NCBI GenBank assembly: GCA_002633005.1
Contig: NMRA01000066.1
Location: forward strand, 1,013,192 to 1,077,191
Source of the DNA: Phoronis australis
Taxonomy: Eukaryota > Animalia > Phoronida
Reading direction: 5' to 3'
Length of the DNA: 64,000 bases
How positions within the stretch are numbered: the stretch's first letter is position 1; every line of letters starts with the position of its first letter. The notes below the pieces were generated by a model, which searched no databases, was not told where the DNA came from, and saw only the letters and a list, made by a program, of their open reading frames with translations. Positions 26,501-39,600 of the stretch are shown here, one piece after another. The position numbers were made by a program, and so were the translations under genes.

Positions 26501-27723
26501 AAATGTGCTGGCCGGCCAGGTCAATTACTTTAGTATGAGACCACATCCACATAGGGCCTATATGTGATAGCTTACTGGCCCGTCCGCAAATTCACTGGCC
26601 CCGCGGGCCACTGTCCCATCGTTTACATCTGTTTAATGTGTGACTATGCTGTCACTATCTTTAAACCTTCTTTAAGGTTGTGTAGGACCCGAGAAAAATC
26701 TCCAAATTAGACTATTTTGGAATGTTGTATCTCAGACATGGCTGATTGAATTTGTATGTAACTTTTTCATATTGATATTCTTTATGCGCTGGTCTTCAAA
26801 ACGCCGTTTGGAATAAATTGTTCTCAAGATGTTCCGCTTTTGCATGAGGGGCTGTCAAGTATAGGACTTAACAGTTTTTATGAAAGAAACTCTAAAGTTA
26901 CGTAAAACACGAGCAAGATATTAATTTGCTCACAGCATTTTTAGATTTTATCTTGGACAATTGTATGAAACAAAATTTGGTCAAAGACTTGTTAATGATA
27001 GAGTTTTGCTATGAATGCACATTTGTTTGCTAAATTCTTCTAAAATGACTGTCAGACTGGTATTCAATCAACCATGAAATTCTACAAGGTTTTTCCTTTC
27101 GAAAAATATACACATACTGAGTAGAAATCTATAGCTTTGTTATTAAGGTCTTACATAACCTTGATAGCACTACATGTCACAGTCGCAAATTAAATTCCTT
27201 TATTTTGTTATTTTGGTTTTTAGATTCGCCAGAGAGGGTAGTGGATGTTCTGTCTCCAGAGAGGAAAGTATTGAAAAAGAAGCTGAAGAAGGCTTTAGGC
27301 ACTTCATTCTCTTCACCCAAAAGGAGGAAAGGTGATGACGTTAAAAACAACGGGACTGATCTTGCTGGGGTTTCTAAGGACGGGAAAAAGAAACAAAGTA
27401 AGAACACGATTGTTCTTAAGGAAGAAGTGAGTGAGAGGATCGCCAACAGGATAGCTACTGAGGATGAACAGAGCGTGGGTATTGGTAAAAGGGTAGAAAA
27501 GAAAAAGGACAAAAAGAAGAGAAAGAAAGACAAGTCTAGTGTAGATGTACAGAACATTACGCACGAAATTATGGACACTAACCCTTTGGCTGACTTGTCT
27601 GGTAATAAGAAGAAAAAGAAGAAAAAGAAGGTTTGTGATGAGGTGTTGAAAGCTAAGGCAGAGACTGGTGATACCTGTGATGGACATAAAGCAAAGAAAA
27701 AGAAGTGCAAAAAGCAGGCGTAG
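20592..27723 (+). CDS. POLR1G: RNA polymerase I subunit RPA34/PAF49 (CD3EAP/POLR1G)-like protein with Lys-rich C-terminus; start codon uncertain
   Basis: Exons 20580(ATG 20592)-21106, 21393-21510, 23658-23729, 24579-24626, 26192-26381, 27224-27723 splice in frame (1443 nt from ATG 20592). GCPEGM...DGKELWLVKVPDN|FEADVLDGIQVQLDG and LPEGLKYRNVPYG match the RPA34 motifs as recalled (CPPNF...TELWLIQAPADF; IPPGLRPRFCAFG). The poly-K tail is typical of the family. Confidence 0.8.
24140..24353 (+). repeat. Minisatellite, ~7 copies of a ~31-32-bp unit
   Basis: Unit approximately GAAACTGGGAGGGCCTGTGTATGGATGCTTG. Confidence 0.85.
26672..27164. mobile_element. TTAA-flanked non-autonomous DNA transposon (Kolobok-like)
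   Basis: ttaa-GGTTGTGTAGGACC ... GGTCTTACATAACC-ttga. The internal TTTTGCTATGAATG motif is shared with other copies. Confidence 0.6.
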
Positions 27724-28080
27724 TAGTACGTTACATGATGTTGTATTAGAATTGTGGAGTCATGTTTTGTCAAATACAGTACAAGCCAAAAGTGTTCATA
27801 CAAAATGACCTGGAATTCCTCAACATGATGGCTTGGCGGAAGCAAAATTCATGGTGTTAAGACTGAGAATGAAGAGGAATGAACAGGAAAGTAGCTAAGT
27901 CATGCTGTAAACTAGAATTATGTTACCCTAATAGTTATTACCAGTCAGTTTTACTGTTAACAGGATAAGCCATCATGATGGAGAACTATTTTTTGTCCCA
28001 TTACTTTGTCTGGAAGTGTATTTGGTATTGCAATTGGTGAGGTCAGAATAATGGCAAGCCTTTATTTTCTTATTGGGAAA

Positions 28081-28483
28081 TAGGGCTGTCCCGGATTACA
28101 AGGCGATAGAACTCTCCTTTGTCCCAGAGATTAAAAAGCATGTAACCTTGTTATGGAAGTCGGGCACATTTTCACGTCTCTCGTTGATGTCGGGAAGGTG
28201 AAAATTTTCAGATCACGCATCTATGGTTATTTGTCCAATTTATCAATGAAACTTTTTCACATTGGAGTTGCAGCCCACATCACAGCAGTAATACTTTGTT
28301 GGCATTGGAAGGACGAATACATTGATGCAACCGAGAAAAACTTGTAAAGAATCAGACAACCAATAACATGTGAAACTCCAGTGTCACGAAAACAAGGCAG
28401 CAAGTGGGTCTGACGGATGTTCACGGCATTGTGGGTAAATACAGCGAGATTTGAATGTCGCCGTGTAATCTGGGACGGCCCTG
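28081..28483. mobile_element. hAT-like MITE
   Basis: TIR TAGGGCTGTCCCGGATTAC / GTAATCTGGGACGGCCCTG; degenerate flanks ttgggaaa / ttggttga. Confidence 0.65.
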
Positions 28484-28905
28484 TTGGTTGAATCTCCACC
28501 TATGTTTAGATTTCAGAACGACTTATGACAACGTTGTCAGCAGCGCCACTCGGTACTAAAATTGTTTTTCAACAAAACCCTAAATTTATGTTCCTCAATG
28601 ACGCTCAACAACGCTATTTCTCTCCAAAATCCGATACACACTGGTCACATTCAAATTTTAGATTTAGCGGATGTCTCATTTTGCGATGACTCTTCATTTG
28701 TATCTGGCTACTGTTATCCGGGTTTGAAGGGGTGAAGTTTTGCAAGGCTTGCCTTCCGTACGATTATCTGAAGCATTTTTGACTTAAATGCTACGATTGT
28801 TCTCTATCTGAAGAAAGTCCTGTCACAGTAAGGAATATTTTGTATATGTTAAGTGACTTGCCCATGCTTAGTTTTGATTTCAATTTTTGAACTGCAGATG
28901 AAGTT

Positions 28906-29315
28906 TTAAGGTTATGCAAGACCCTATCAACATGTCAGTGTATTCTGTCAGATATTTCTACATAACGTTTTGCTATCAATGTACCTTTCACCAAAATGGC
29001 TTGCTCATACATGTGACCCAGTTAACGACAGGTGAATAAAAAAGTAACAGATTTGTAGGAAACTTCACAATAATTTGCTCAATGCACTGTTCTCCAATTC
29101 GTTGTTAGGTATTATTTTGAAATGCTACCCTTATGCATGATGGGCTATCAAAAAAAGGACTCTAGACTTTCATGAAGAAATCAAAAGTTGTATGAAACGA
29201 AAATGAAACAATTATGAAAACTTGTTTCTGAAGTTTCATCTTGAACATTTATATCAAATGGAATTTGGTCCATGTTAGCCAAATTTGGAATTGTTCTAGG
29301 GTCCTACAACTTTAA
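28906..29315. mobile_element. TTAA-flanked non-autonomous DNA transposon (Kolobok-like)
   Basis: ttaa-GGTTATGCAAGACCCTA ... TAGGGTCCTACAACT-ttaa. Internal TTTTGCTATCAATGTACCTTTC and GTTGTATGAAACGAAAA are shared family motifs. Confidence 0.6.
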
Positions 29316-30102
29316 CTTGGGAGTGTAACTTGAAAGTTCCTTGGAAAAAGAGTTGTTGCGTTGTTTGCAACAGTCTAGTTCACACACTCAACTCCTGATT
29401 AAGATTAAAAGTGATTTGAAGGATGTAGTTAAGTTAGCATTCATTACCAATATTATTGTTTATGATGTTAAACATACAATGTATGTCACAAAACGTCATC
29501 TGTTTGGCAAATGAATGAATCGCACATCGTAGCAATATACCAATTTTATTTCCAATCACCGTTTTATTTAAAATTACTGTACAGTGAGTATATAAACTTG
29601 CAATTCCAAACTTAGATAAAAACAAGTTGCAGGTGACCAGGAGGTCCACCCAGGATATTTGTGGAAACTGAGTTTCCTCTCTTGGCTTATTGCAGGATTT
29701 AATTAAGTTATGCTATGTAACAGATGCAAAACCAAAACTAAACATTCACTACTGACACAATCCATGTCCCAACACAATAGCGATACTAGAAGTACCAGGA
29801 ACAAGGTCAGCTGTCAAAGAAAATAAGACAACCTGATTCTTCACTTCTGACCCCTAACTGAAAGACAGCCCAAAAATTAAGGTTTTTGCTTAATGTGTTG
29901 CACAATCATGTTTGAGTGATCTGTGAAATATATTGGACAAGATCTTACGGAACAATTAATTTAAAAGAAACAGGACATTGTTTGTCTGCAACTTATTTAA
30001 TAGCAGAATTAGCAGAAACCCCAGACTATGACAGACACAGACAAAAAGAGTTAAACTGTCTTACACATCAAATAATTTTGTATTAGGTAGTTAAGTGTAT
30101 TA

Positions 30103-30591
30103 CAGGGCTTGGAATTTTCCGCGGAAACGCGGATTTCCGGTTTTTTCAAATGTGCTTTCCGCTTTTTTTATAATATTTCCGCGTAAAAAAATCGGATTTG
30201 ATATAAAATTTCCGCGGCAAATTCCTTTCTTACCGCGGCGTTGCAGACGACGTTCACCTCGAAAAGCGGAAGTTGCTCTGTATGTTTCGGAGGAACGTAA
30301 ATTGTCAACATTGCCGGGGCATCTGGGACAGCGTGGTGGGATTTTCAATGGCGTCTCGTGTTATTGTTAAGCGCGGCGACAAATACTGCCGCTCTGCAGC
30401 CAAAAATGTGTGGGTTGGGAGTGGACGGGCGAGCTAAAAGGACGCAGACGCATGCTACTGATGGTGGTAACCTAGTCCTCCCGATTTTTGTCGGGGAAAG
30501 GTTCACATTGATCATTTCAAGGCTGGTTATCGGGCATGATTTGGGCCGTAAAAGTTTCCGCGTTTTTTGTCATTGGTCATTCCAAGCCCTG
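30103..30591. mobile_element. GC-rich hAT-like MITE just downstream of the ABTB1 stop
   Basis: Perfect 13-bp TIR CAGGGCTTGGAAT / ATTCCAAGCCCTG; internal TTTCCGCG subterminal repeats. Confidence 0.8.
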
Positions 30592-30637
30592 GTGTTAAGA
30601 GAGATTATTGTAAACTTCTTAATTATGTTATCCTGCT

Positions 30638-33600
30638 CTAGGCATCAATGCCCAGCTCATCAAGAACTCTATCGATGAGTGACAATTTTTGTTCTGCATA
30701 ACAAATGTCACTAAACGCATGGACACATAACGTCAGACAGGATCTTAAGTTGTCGATAATATCAACAGAGTCAACTTCTTGCCGATCCTTGATGGACTTT
30801 GCATCTTCACAAACGAGGTCTTTGAATTTCTCACTTTCCACAATCTAAAATAACATTACAAAAGTTTCAATCCAATACATGAAATGCTTACGTCAGGGCA
30901 GTCAATCTGTTTGGAACAGAAACTGTGACCTTCAGGATAAAACATTTACTGTATTTCGCTAGTGAACACTGAATGTATGATTATCAAATACTGATAGTTC
31001 AAAATTCAATAAAAAGATGCCGTCATACAGCAAAAAACGTAAACCGTGTTCAACTAAAAAGTACCACTAAAAACCACCATGTTACGTTGCTGAGTAGCTA
31101 TCGACATGGTTTTTTCTCCCCATCAAGCGACTCGGGTTTCGACAACAAATCTCAAAAAAGAAAGTAATTATTATAAGTTTTGTTGAAACTGACATAGATC
31201 ATGATTTTGAAACTACATGTATTTTGCAATGATAAAATCCACACAATCTACCAAAAAAGTTACAAAATAGGTAGCATTGTTTAGAATGTTTGGGATCATT
31301 AGGCAAAATCCATGCTCTCAAAAGTTAGTTTGCTGACAGTAGTCAGACGTTTAAAGATGGGTATGTCGGTGTTTTGTTTCATCCACAGGTAGCAGCACAC
31401 ATCACTCCTATAGAGAGCCCATTTCTAATCATACCAAGTTCTTTTCCTATCATATTTTGGCAGATCAGAACTGATTTCTGTAGACATCAATTGCCTTGCA
31501 CTTCTAGTACTGAGAGAATGGAAACAATGATTTCAATCCCACAATGCAACACTCCAACCTCACTGGCCAATTACTTCAGAGGCCATCATTTTCCTAGGAT
31601 AGGCTAGTCAGCTCCCGAGTATACTTGGGAAACACTTGACTTTCTCTCGCATGATTTTGCGAAGTCTTGCGAAATATACTATTCTCGCAAGAAGCTTGGT
31701 CTACGAATCTTGCTTATTTATGCAGGGACAACATCGAGGATTAATTACCTCTTCTAAACTGTCAGCCATAAATTGTGTACAGTCAGTCTCAAGTTTGGGT
31801 AGAGAAAACAACCTGGCAGCACGAAGAATGTCCACCACATTGTCAGTGTCCAAAAACTTTGCTATTTCACTGGCACACTGGCGCTTCAGTCCTGGCAGCA
31901 GGTAGAGGTCAGCAGCACAAAGAACCTCAAATGCATTTTCTTCAGTCAACTAAAAACAAAACGGGAAACGATTGAGTCTCAAGTATACCAGAACTAAGAT
32001 GTCTCGTTACCAGTAATAATTCAACTCCTGGTAATACGGTATCCTTCAAAAGAAGTTGAGTGCATTATTGGCTAAGTGAAGAAATGTACCACTACGTACC
32101 ATTCTCCATGACTGTTAAAACCACACGACATTTGTTCAACATCGTTTGGAAAGGCAGCTGTATCCCGACTAACCAGTCAGGGAAATCAGGATACTCATCC
32201 TACAGGGCGGGTACATATGACGACCAATCTATGATCAAATCGCACAAATTTCTGACAAAAAATGTCCTTTTCAGTTCTTTTTCTTTTCTGAAAAGCTTTT
32301 AACATTGCTGAGTATACGCATGAATTTTCAAAATATTGTCTGTTGGTAGCTGTGATACAGAGTTTAAACATGAAAAACATCCATTTGGTGCTACTGTACT
32401 ATATCCTTTATGAAAGCACGAGAAAAAAATTCAATTGTCCGCTATATTGTGTCCAAAATTGGTGCGATATTAGCATATTCAGTTTTACTCGAAAATTCAA
32501 TGATTGTAATGCAGAGCTATTAGACAGTACAGCACTTGTTGAAGCACTAAAAGTGTTACGCCTTGTATGGCGATCAACACTGAGTGATGTATATCAGATT
32601 TTATTTCCCCCCTCTTAGCATTCTGAAGGAAATGCAATGTCCACTGACATTTTTAGTCAACTTCTGGACCTGACTCTAATCTCTGTGCTCGAAACTGAAC
32701 TTGAAATCTGACCAGTTACACATCATGCGTTGAGTAAACTTACAAATTCGTACTCGAGTCAAGCATTGCTTGACTGGTTAAATTTCAAGTCAGAGCCTAG
32801 GCTGAGTTTGTCAGATAAGACCAAGGGTCTAATGGATATCTTGTTACCCTTGGGAATTCCATGAGGTCATAGCTATCGAACATTGGACAATTTTAGTAGT
32901 AACATATTTCAGTCTAACAAAGAACCACATGAATAGTGTTCTCCAGTTCAATGACTACCAGACTATGCCGGATCTAAGCATGTGATAACATCCGCCTCCT
33001 ATGTTAACAACCAAACACAGTTTTTTGTCTGGTATGGCAACATGTAAAAAATTATCTGCGAGGCTTCAAAGAGTTACTGAAACAAAGCAGAACTACTTTC
33101 GGAATAGATTGTCTTATTTAACTGCATGAACACGATCAGCATTTGACAAGGAATTTATTGGTTTATGTTCAAACAGTTTAGAACTAATGTTAAGCTGTGT
33201 ATAGTTACAAAGTTCAATTATAAAAGCAGTAATCACAAAAAACTGCTTTCACTGACCTTGTATTTCAATTTCAAAAAGCCTATTGTGTGTGAACCACACC
33301 CATGATTTACAACAGTCAGAAAAACTCTAAGCCACTATGCGGACTAGTTACCCCTCCAAGCCTAAAAAAGTTGTGTCCTAAATTTAAGAAATTTTACCGT
33401 GACTGTTTGTATACTGTTAAGGACATAGGCTTTTTCCTTCAAAAGCCACGATCCTCAGGCCGGGCATATTGCATCACTACAGTACACCAGAGTACAGCAT
33501 ATAAATACCTCACATGAGTCTTGATAAAGGTAGAAGAGGATTTGAATCCACACATGCACATCAATATCATACAACACAACGGTGGGCAAAGCACCAGTCT

Positions 33601-36600
33601 CTCCGCCATCTGTGTATTCCTTAAAGTGGTCCGTTATCAAGGCTTTCAAGTAATCACTCCTTCCACAAAGAAACGCCTGAAAAATTCATAAGATTTATGT
33701 GTTTACAGACTTCAAAATACGTACCATTCAACTATTTTGTACAATTTAGGACAAAATATGAAAGATTACTAACAAATTGATTTTCTTAATCCAAAATATT
33801 ACACATTTTTTGGAAAAATTAAGTTGATGGACCCAAGTTTGACAAACATAGACAACATTTAACTTTGAAGTGATCCAAATTTTGTATTTTACACATGACT
33901 GAAACGAACCATGACCTTTGATCTGGGTACAAAAATATCCTAAAGGTAGGAGAGAGTGGGGCAAGTTGTGCCACTCTCTCCTAAGTGTGTTTAGTGTACT
34001 ATCTAGGAAAGTCTGAAATTTCTGAATTAGGGAAAAGTTTCAACACATTGTGGAAACATAAAATCTTTGACAACATGGATGTGAAGTCCTTCAAAACACA
34101 AGTCTTGTTGACTGGTGATTCTGATGGCTCACTGAACTGAACTGTCTACATGGATTGTAAAAGTTCATGTTCGAGCACTGGTTGGAGCAGCAATCTTTTC
34201 ACTCACAATTTCTAGGTCACATGATGTGGCCACATATGACTCTTTAGGATACTTATCTGTGCATCAGGCAGTAAAATATTCTTTAGTTTCAATTCCAAAC
34301 AATACAAATCCAATCAATGTGAAAAACGATGATAATTCAACAGCTTTTAAATTAGTGCTTCCACTCTTTCACAGAGCTACGAAAGGTAGCTCTGCCGAAT
34401 GTTGTTTAACATATAGCTTCTCATTGGTTAAAGTAATGAAAGCAACATCTTAACATTCAGTCGTTCCCATTGGTTGAAATTTGGGAAAGCTAGCTCTTTC
34501 GTTTACAGTGCACCTTTGACTTGAGTATGCATTTTACTAAAACAGTTACTTAAGTAAACAAAATCAAGAGAACCCCGATCCAGTAGCTTAAGCCCAAACA
34601 AGTACAAGGCATAAAGGCATGGGCAAGTAGTGGTGGCAATGTGACTGGCATACTTCCAACCATTAGGCATGCACACTGATGCCCACACATGGAATTCCGT
34701 GTGTTGTTCATCATGTTTCCACAGGGCCACTTTTCAGTACAGGTGGCGCTGTGTCAGAGGGTACTTTTGTGCTAGGACTAGTTTGTACCAAACCATTAAA
34801 AAGTTTAAGTTTTGACCATCTACAGTATTGTAGAATTGACATTTGAGCCATAAGTCAATTTTATTGTTTTTAAATTACTTCGAAATGGGAGAATCTTTAC
34901 GACATCCACAAAACTGTATTAGAATTAAACCGGAGCGAGAATGAAGCTCACCAACCTACCTGATGGCATTCGAATACGGAACCCCGAACCATTACGTTGA
35001 TGTCTCCAAATGCAGCATTTTCTTCCACAGAAAATGGCAGAACATCATTGACCTGAGTACAGAGCAACTCGTTACATAATACAAGGCAGTATCTCAAAAT
35101 CATGAAAACACAACTCTGTGACATTACTGTGGCGATCCACCTAATTACTTGAGAGTTTTTTTTTTCCAGTACGACGAGTATACAATAGTGTTCCTAACAG
35201 ACATTTTGCGCAATAAGTGGAAGGGTGGATTTTTTTGCTTACCCTGAACAGGCGGAATTTCGCCCAAGGTTTGCAGGACGTCATGATGGTTTTTCACAAG
35301 CAGGGCGATACTAAACTTAATGATTTCTGAACATGGAAAGAATTGTCAGTTTGTCACTTCTCCAGACCTGCATGGATACTTGATGCATAAAATGACCTGC
35401 TGTGACATGCCAGAATTCTACTGTTGCTTTCAACCAACTGTCAGTTTATGTAAGTCCAAAGTCACCTCTATGGTAATTGAGTAAGGAACAAGTAGGGGAA
35501 AAGTTTCATTACTGTGGTTTATAAAGAAAGTTTGGTTCATAATATCTCACCATCACATTGTACAGGATTGTACCAAGCAAATAAGTCTGGCAACTTACCC
35601 AACTGTTTGAGAATTCAGGAGGGAGGGAACGTTCAGCCAAGTAAGCCAGGTCACGTTGTATCTCATCGTGGTCAGTCTCATCTGGTTCAATGACTAAAAT
35701 ATTCACCTTCATCATACCTGGCTTGCTCATAGCTACAAAAAATCAAAAAATGCAAAAGTACTGCGTCACAAAATATCAAATAGCCAAGATTTACACAGAT
35801 GTGAATCGACACATTTGATCAAATTGTTCAAGTCAGTAAGTTCATTAGCCCAGATTGGAGACATACCATCAAGTGCCTATTGTTTTCACTCGATGGCAAT
35901 GTAATCACGCAAAACAATTTGTACTCATTAGACGTCAAATTGCACGATACCTATAATTGGAGTAACATAATTGCGAGCACAGGCAGTTAATTGTTTTGCC
36001 AAACAGTTCCTGTTACACCATATACTGGTTGTTTTGTCATCCATTGCTGGCAAACGTCTCATGGAGCATGTCACTGAAGTTTGCTGGGATCATATAATTA
36101 TATGACCCCACTTATCTTTAATTCAAAATGCTGCCTAATTCACACTGGAACGCAGAAATTTGCCAGAAAATATGAAATTCAGGTTCACGAAAAATTTCTT
36201 TAAAACAATAGTTTAGTTAGTTGGTTATTTCAGTTAATGAAATGACCAAATACTGCAGCCTTATAAACCCAATTTTATGGACTACAACATGGCAACATGC
36301 ACAACTTATTTGACTATGCTATTATAGTGAGACCAGTACGCATGTCTATACAGTCTACAAACATGACAACGAATTAGGAAGCACTTAATCATATTTACAC
36401 TTATGCTTACCAAATTCTTCTGCCTTTTTGAGATGTTCTTCAATTTTCTTGACCAGTGAGTCCAGTCTGCAGTGATGAGCAACCATGAGGACATCTTCAG
36501 CCAAGCTGATGTCAGCCTCCAGCACCCCTACGACACGTATAAAAAGTACGAGCCTATTTCAAATCAGTACAACAGTTAAGCCGTGAGTTTGGCTTTTGTT

Positions 36601-39600
36601 CAGACAACTACAACACTGCGTTCAAGTAGTTTATTCCAATGATGGCGGATGATCGTGACGCCCTCTAACGTATACAGAGTGAGGCTCTCAACACAACAAA
36701 AGCGTACAACATATATACTCTCTAAATGTAAAAGGAATTCTGTTTTGCATGGAAACCAGGGGTAACTCCTTGTAATTAAAATGATTCAGGGGTTTCAACC
36801 AAAGACTTGAACCAACACATTGGTTATTAAAAATTACATTCTATGGGGCTTCTTAAAAAGGCTAAATTTTCAACAATTTATAGTGTCAGGCCTGAATGTC
36901 AGAACTTCATCTTAAAGTGGCAAAAAAATTTTGATTTAGACCACTTACCTACATGAAACTAGTCTCAATTTGTTCCGTCATCAAATTGGAGATAATATCA
37001 GGGCTTCATAATACATGAAAGTTGGTTACTACTGTACTTCAGATCCTGCTTTACAAAATGGCTCGTCACGATGCGTCATTTTAAGCACCAAGCACGGTTT
37101 CGAGAAATATATTGTTAACTCTTTGTAAACCCAGAAACCACTAATCGTTTAGTAAGAAGGGAACATTAGTTGAAACCAATTTTACAGCGGTTAGTGGCCT
37201 GAATCAAGTTTCTTAGATGGAGCAGATGTAAAGGCCCTTTCAGAAGGAGCGAAGTGGAATTGGCAGGAAATTAAGTTAAAGTTCTATAGGACCCTAGAAC
37301 TGTCCGAATTACTGGATAGCTTTGGAGTATACTTTATTAGGCAAAATATTGACACTCAAAATATGCGTGAGACAGTTGTCTTACAAATGCAGTTATGTAA
37401 GATTACTTCCTAATGAGTGGCTAAAGCTATCAATCAGTTAGCATTAGTAGCCAGCCCTTATCAGTCCATCCGTTTTGGAACAGTGTTTGACAGCAGCAAT
37501 TATTTTCCACTGAGCAATGCATGTGCCACCATGAAGCTGGTCAAATCAAAATACTTTAACTTCACTATTAGTGGGCCAATTTTTGTGATTCAAAAATGAT
37601 ATTTGAAAGTTTTCCGTAATGATATGCACAAACTTTTAAACACGGGAAAGCAAAAACAACCAGAAACGGTATTTTGGTGCAGCCATTTAGCTGTTTGGTT
37701 TGTAACCCAAGCCAACAAATCCAACACATTCAGCATGCTATCCTTTCACAACCACTGGGGATAACTGAGGAGAGTGGATATGCGCATGTGAGACGAAAGG
37801 AAACCTCGCTGGTCATGGGCAATGCAATGGTTTTGCATTTCCTTTTTTATGCCTAATGTCAGAAATGGCTGATCAGATTTAAATAAAACTTTCAGATACT
37901 AATTGTTTCAAGCATTGTTCTCCAAAATAGGATGAACTGTTTTTGACCCACTTTTGCAAGATGGGTCATCAAAAAGGACTCTTATGGTGGCTTTCAGGCA
38001 TGAAAAAATTGCATAAACACATTAAACATACTGATGATTTAGAAAACTTTAACAGGAGCGTTTTTGAGATTTCATCTTGAAATTTAGACAAAGACATGTT
38101 ATTGATGCTGTAGTGTTTTGCTATGAATGTACCTTTGCTTTTTTGGTTAAATTTTACTTAAAAAATCATGATCACATGACCCAATTCATGTCGTGAACAC
38201 ATCCACTAAAACAAGAAACTGTAGGAACACCGCATTTATCCACCTTCACTCTCATCAGGCTTCTATTGTGAGTCAGCATGCGTGAATAATTGGCTGATAA
38301 GCCACCTCTGGAACTACTTTGGGCTGAATGGATGACCAGGCCATAAAATGATAATTAGCCAAGACCAGTTACTATAATGCAACAAAGAACAAATAATAAT
38401 GTCTTGCATCACCTAGCCTTGGTGGAAAGCTGTATACTGTATTGGCTCAAACAAACGCTTAGAAAAATTCATTTCACGGGGAGGGGACGCTTATTGTAGT
38501 GAGCCTACGGCAGTTGAAACCCGGTTTCCCAAACGGGTAAAATCGGAAGCTAGGATTCATCAAATTTACGCTCTGTGACGTATTTGTAGCCTATGACAGC
38601 CTTTCTACAAAATTGTGGTGCATTGCTATCAACTTCCGTTGTTAAATTACGATAATTTTTCAAAAAATTGTGCTCATCACAGGGCGAAAACTTGCCGACT
38701 GATGCGTCGCTGAATCGCGATCGTCAATAGGAAAACTTGTACTCTTGAATAAAAATATAGTTTCGACTCAACAAATTACCTGAAATCTTCCTGATGTTTT
38801 ACAATTTTTAAAGTTCCTGTGGAGTCCAGATTAATTGCGATTAAGTCCAAATGTGCGCTACATCGTACTCCACAACACGAGAAAAATCTCTGGATGAACA
38901 CACATGTTGTTGTCACGTGACGTTTGTTTTGAAGGTCGTCTGCGTATGAGAGTGAGTGAGCGTGCGTGTGCGGGTCATCGACGATAGACTTTTTTGTTAC
39001 AAAAGGCGGAGGATTATGCAAGAAAATGGCGTTTACTAGATTGTTTTTCACTTAAACGGCTGTAACGTGCAAGGTGAGTGCGCTCGCAGAGTCACATCTC
39101 GGAAGTTTCCGGTTTGACGGATGACAAAGAACGATCTCAATGAAATTACACAAAGTCGTTTTAGAGCTTGTAATAGCTATACAAAACGTATTTTGAGTAT
39201 TAAAATGCATTTTTTCCAAAACCTTAATAACACACGGAGTAGTTCTACATTTATACAATCCTAACTTGGGTCCTATATTTTTGTATTCGTGCGCGCCGAA
39301 TGAAAGTAATCGTGAGTGTTTCTGTGTTGCAAAATCTCTTATCCTGGGCCGATTTGAAAAATTCAAAGTTGTATTCGTATTTGTTTTCGCTCCTCTTTTC
39401 AAATATTACAGTAAAAACTACGTAAAATTCTCTCCATAAAAAGTACAGTTGTTAGGCTAGACTGTAATCAGCTGATCATATCCGCATGAGCGAAGTCAAT
39501 TATCCTCGCTCGTGACTCGATGAATAGAGCAGCTTGGCGGCATCCCTTTGAGCATGAGCCGAGCGCGTCTCAGCCAAGGTGGATAAATACGGTCTAGTTC

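Noticed and set aside
27177-27845. 222-aa Phe-rich minus-strand ORF
   Set aside because: It is the antisense shadow of the Lys-rich last exon of the RPA34-like gene.
38246-38262. CTGATGA hammerhead-ribozyme core (also at ~1057, ~47388, ~57946)
   Set aside because: By eye, none is followed by a stem II and GAAA with compatible pairing.
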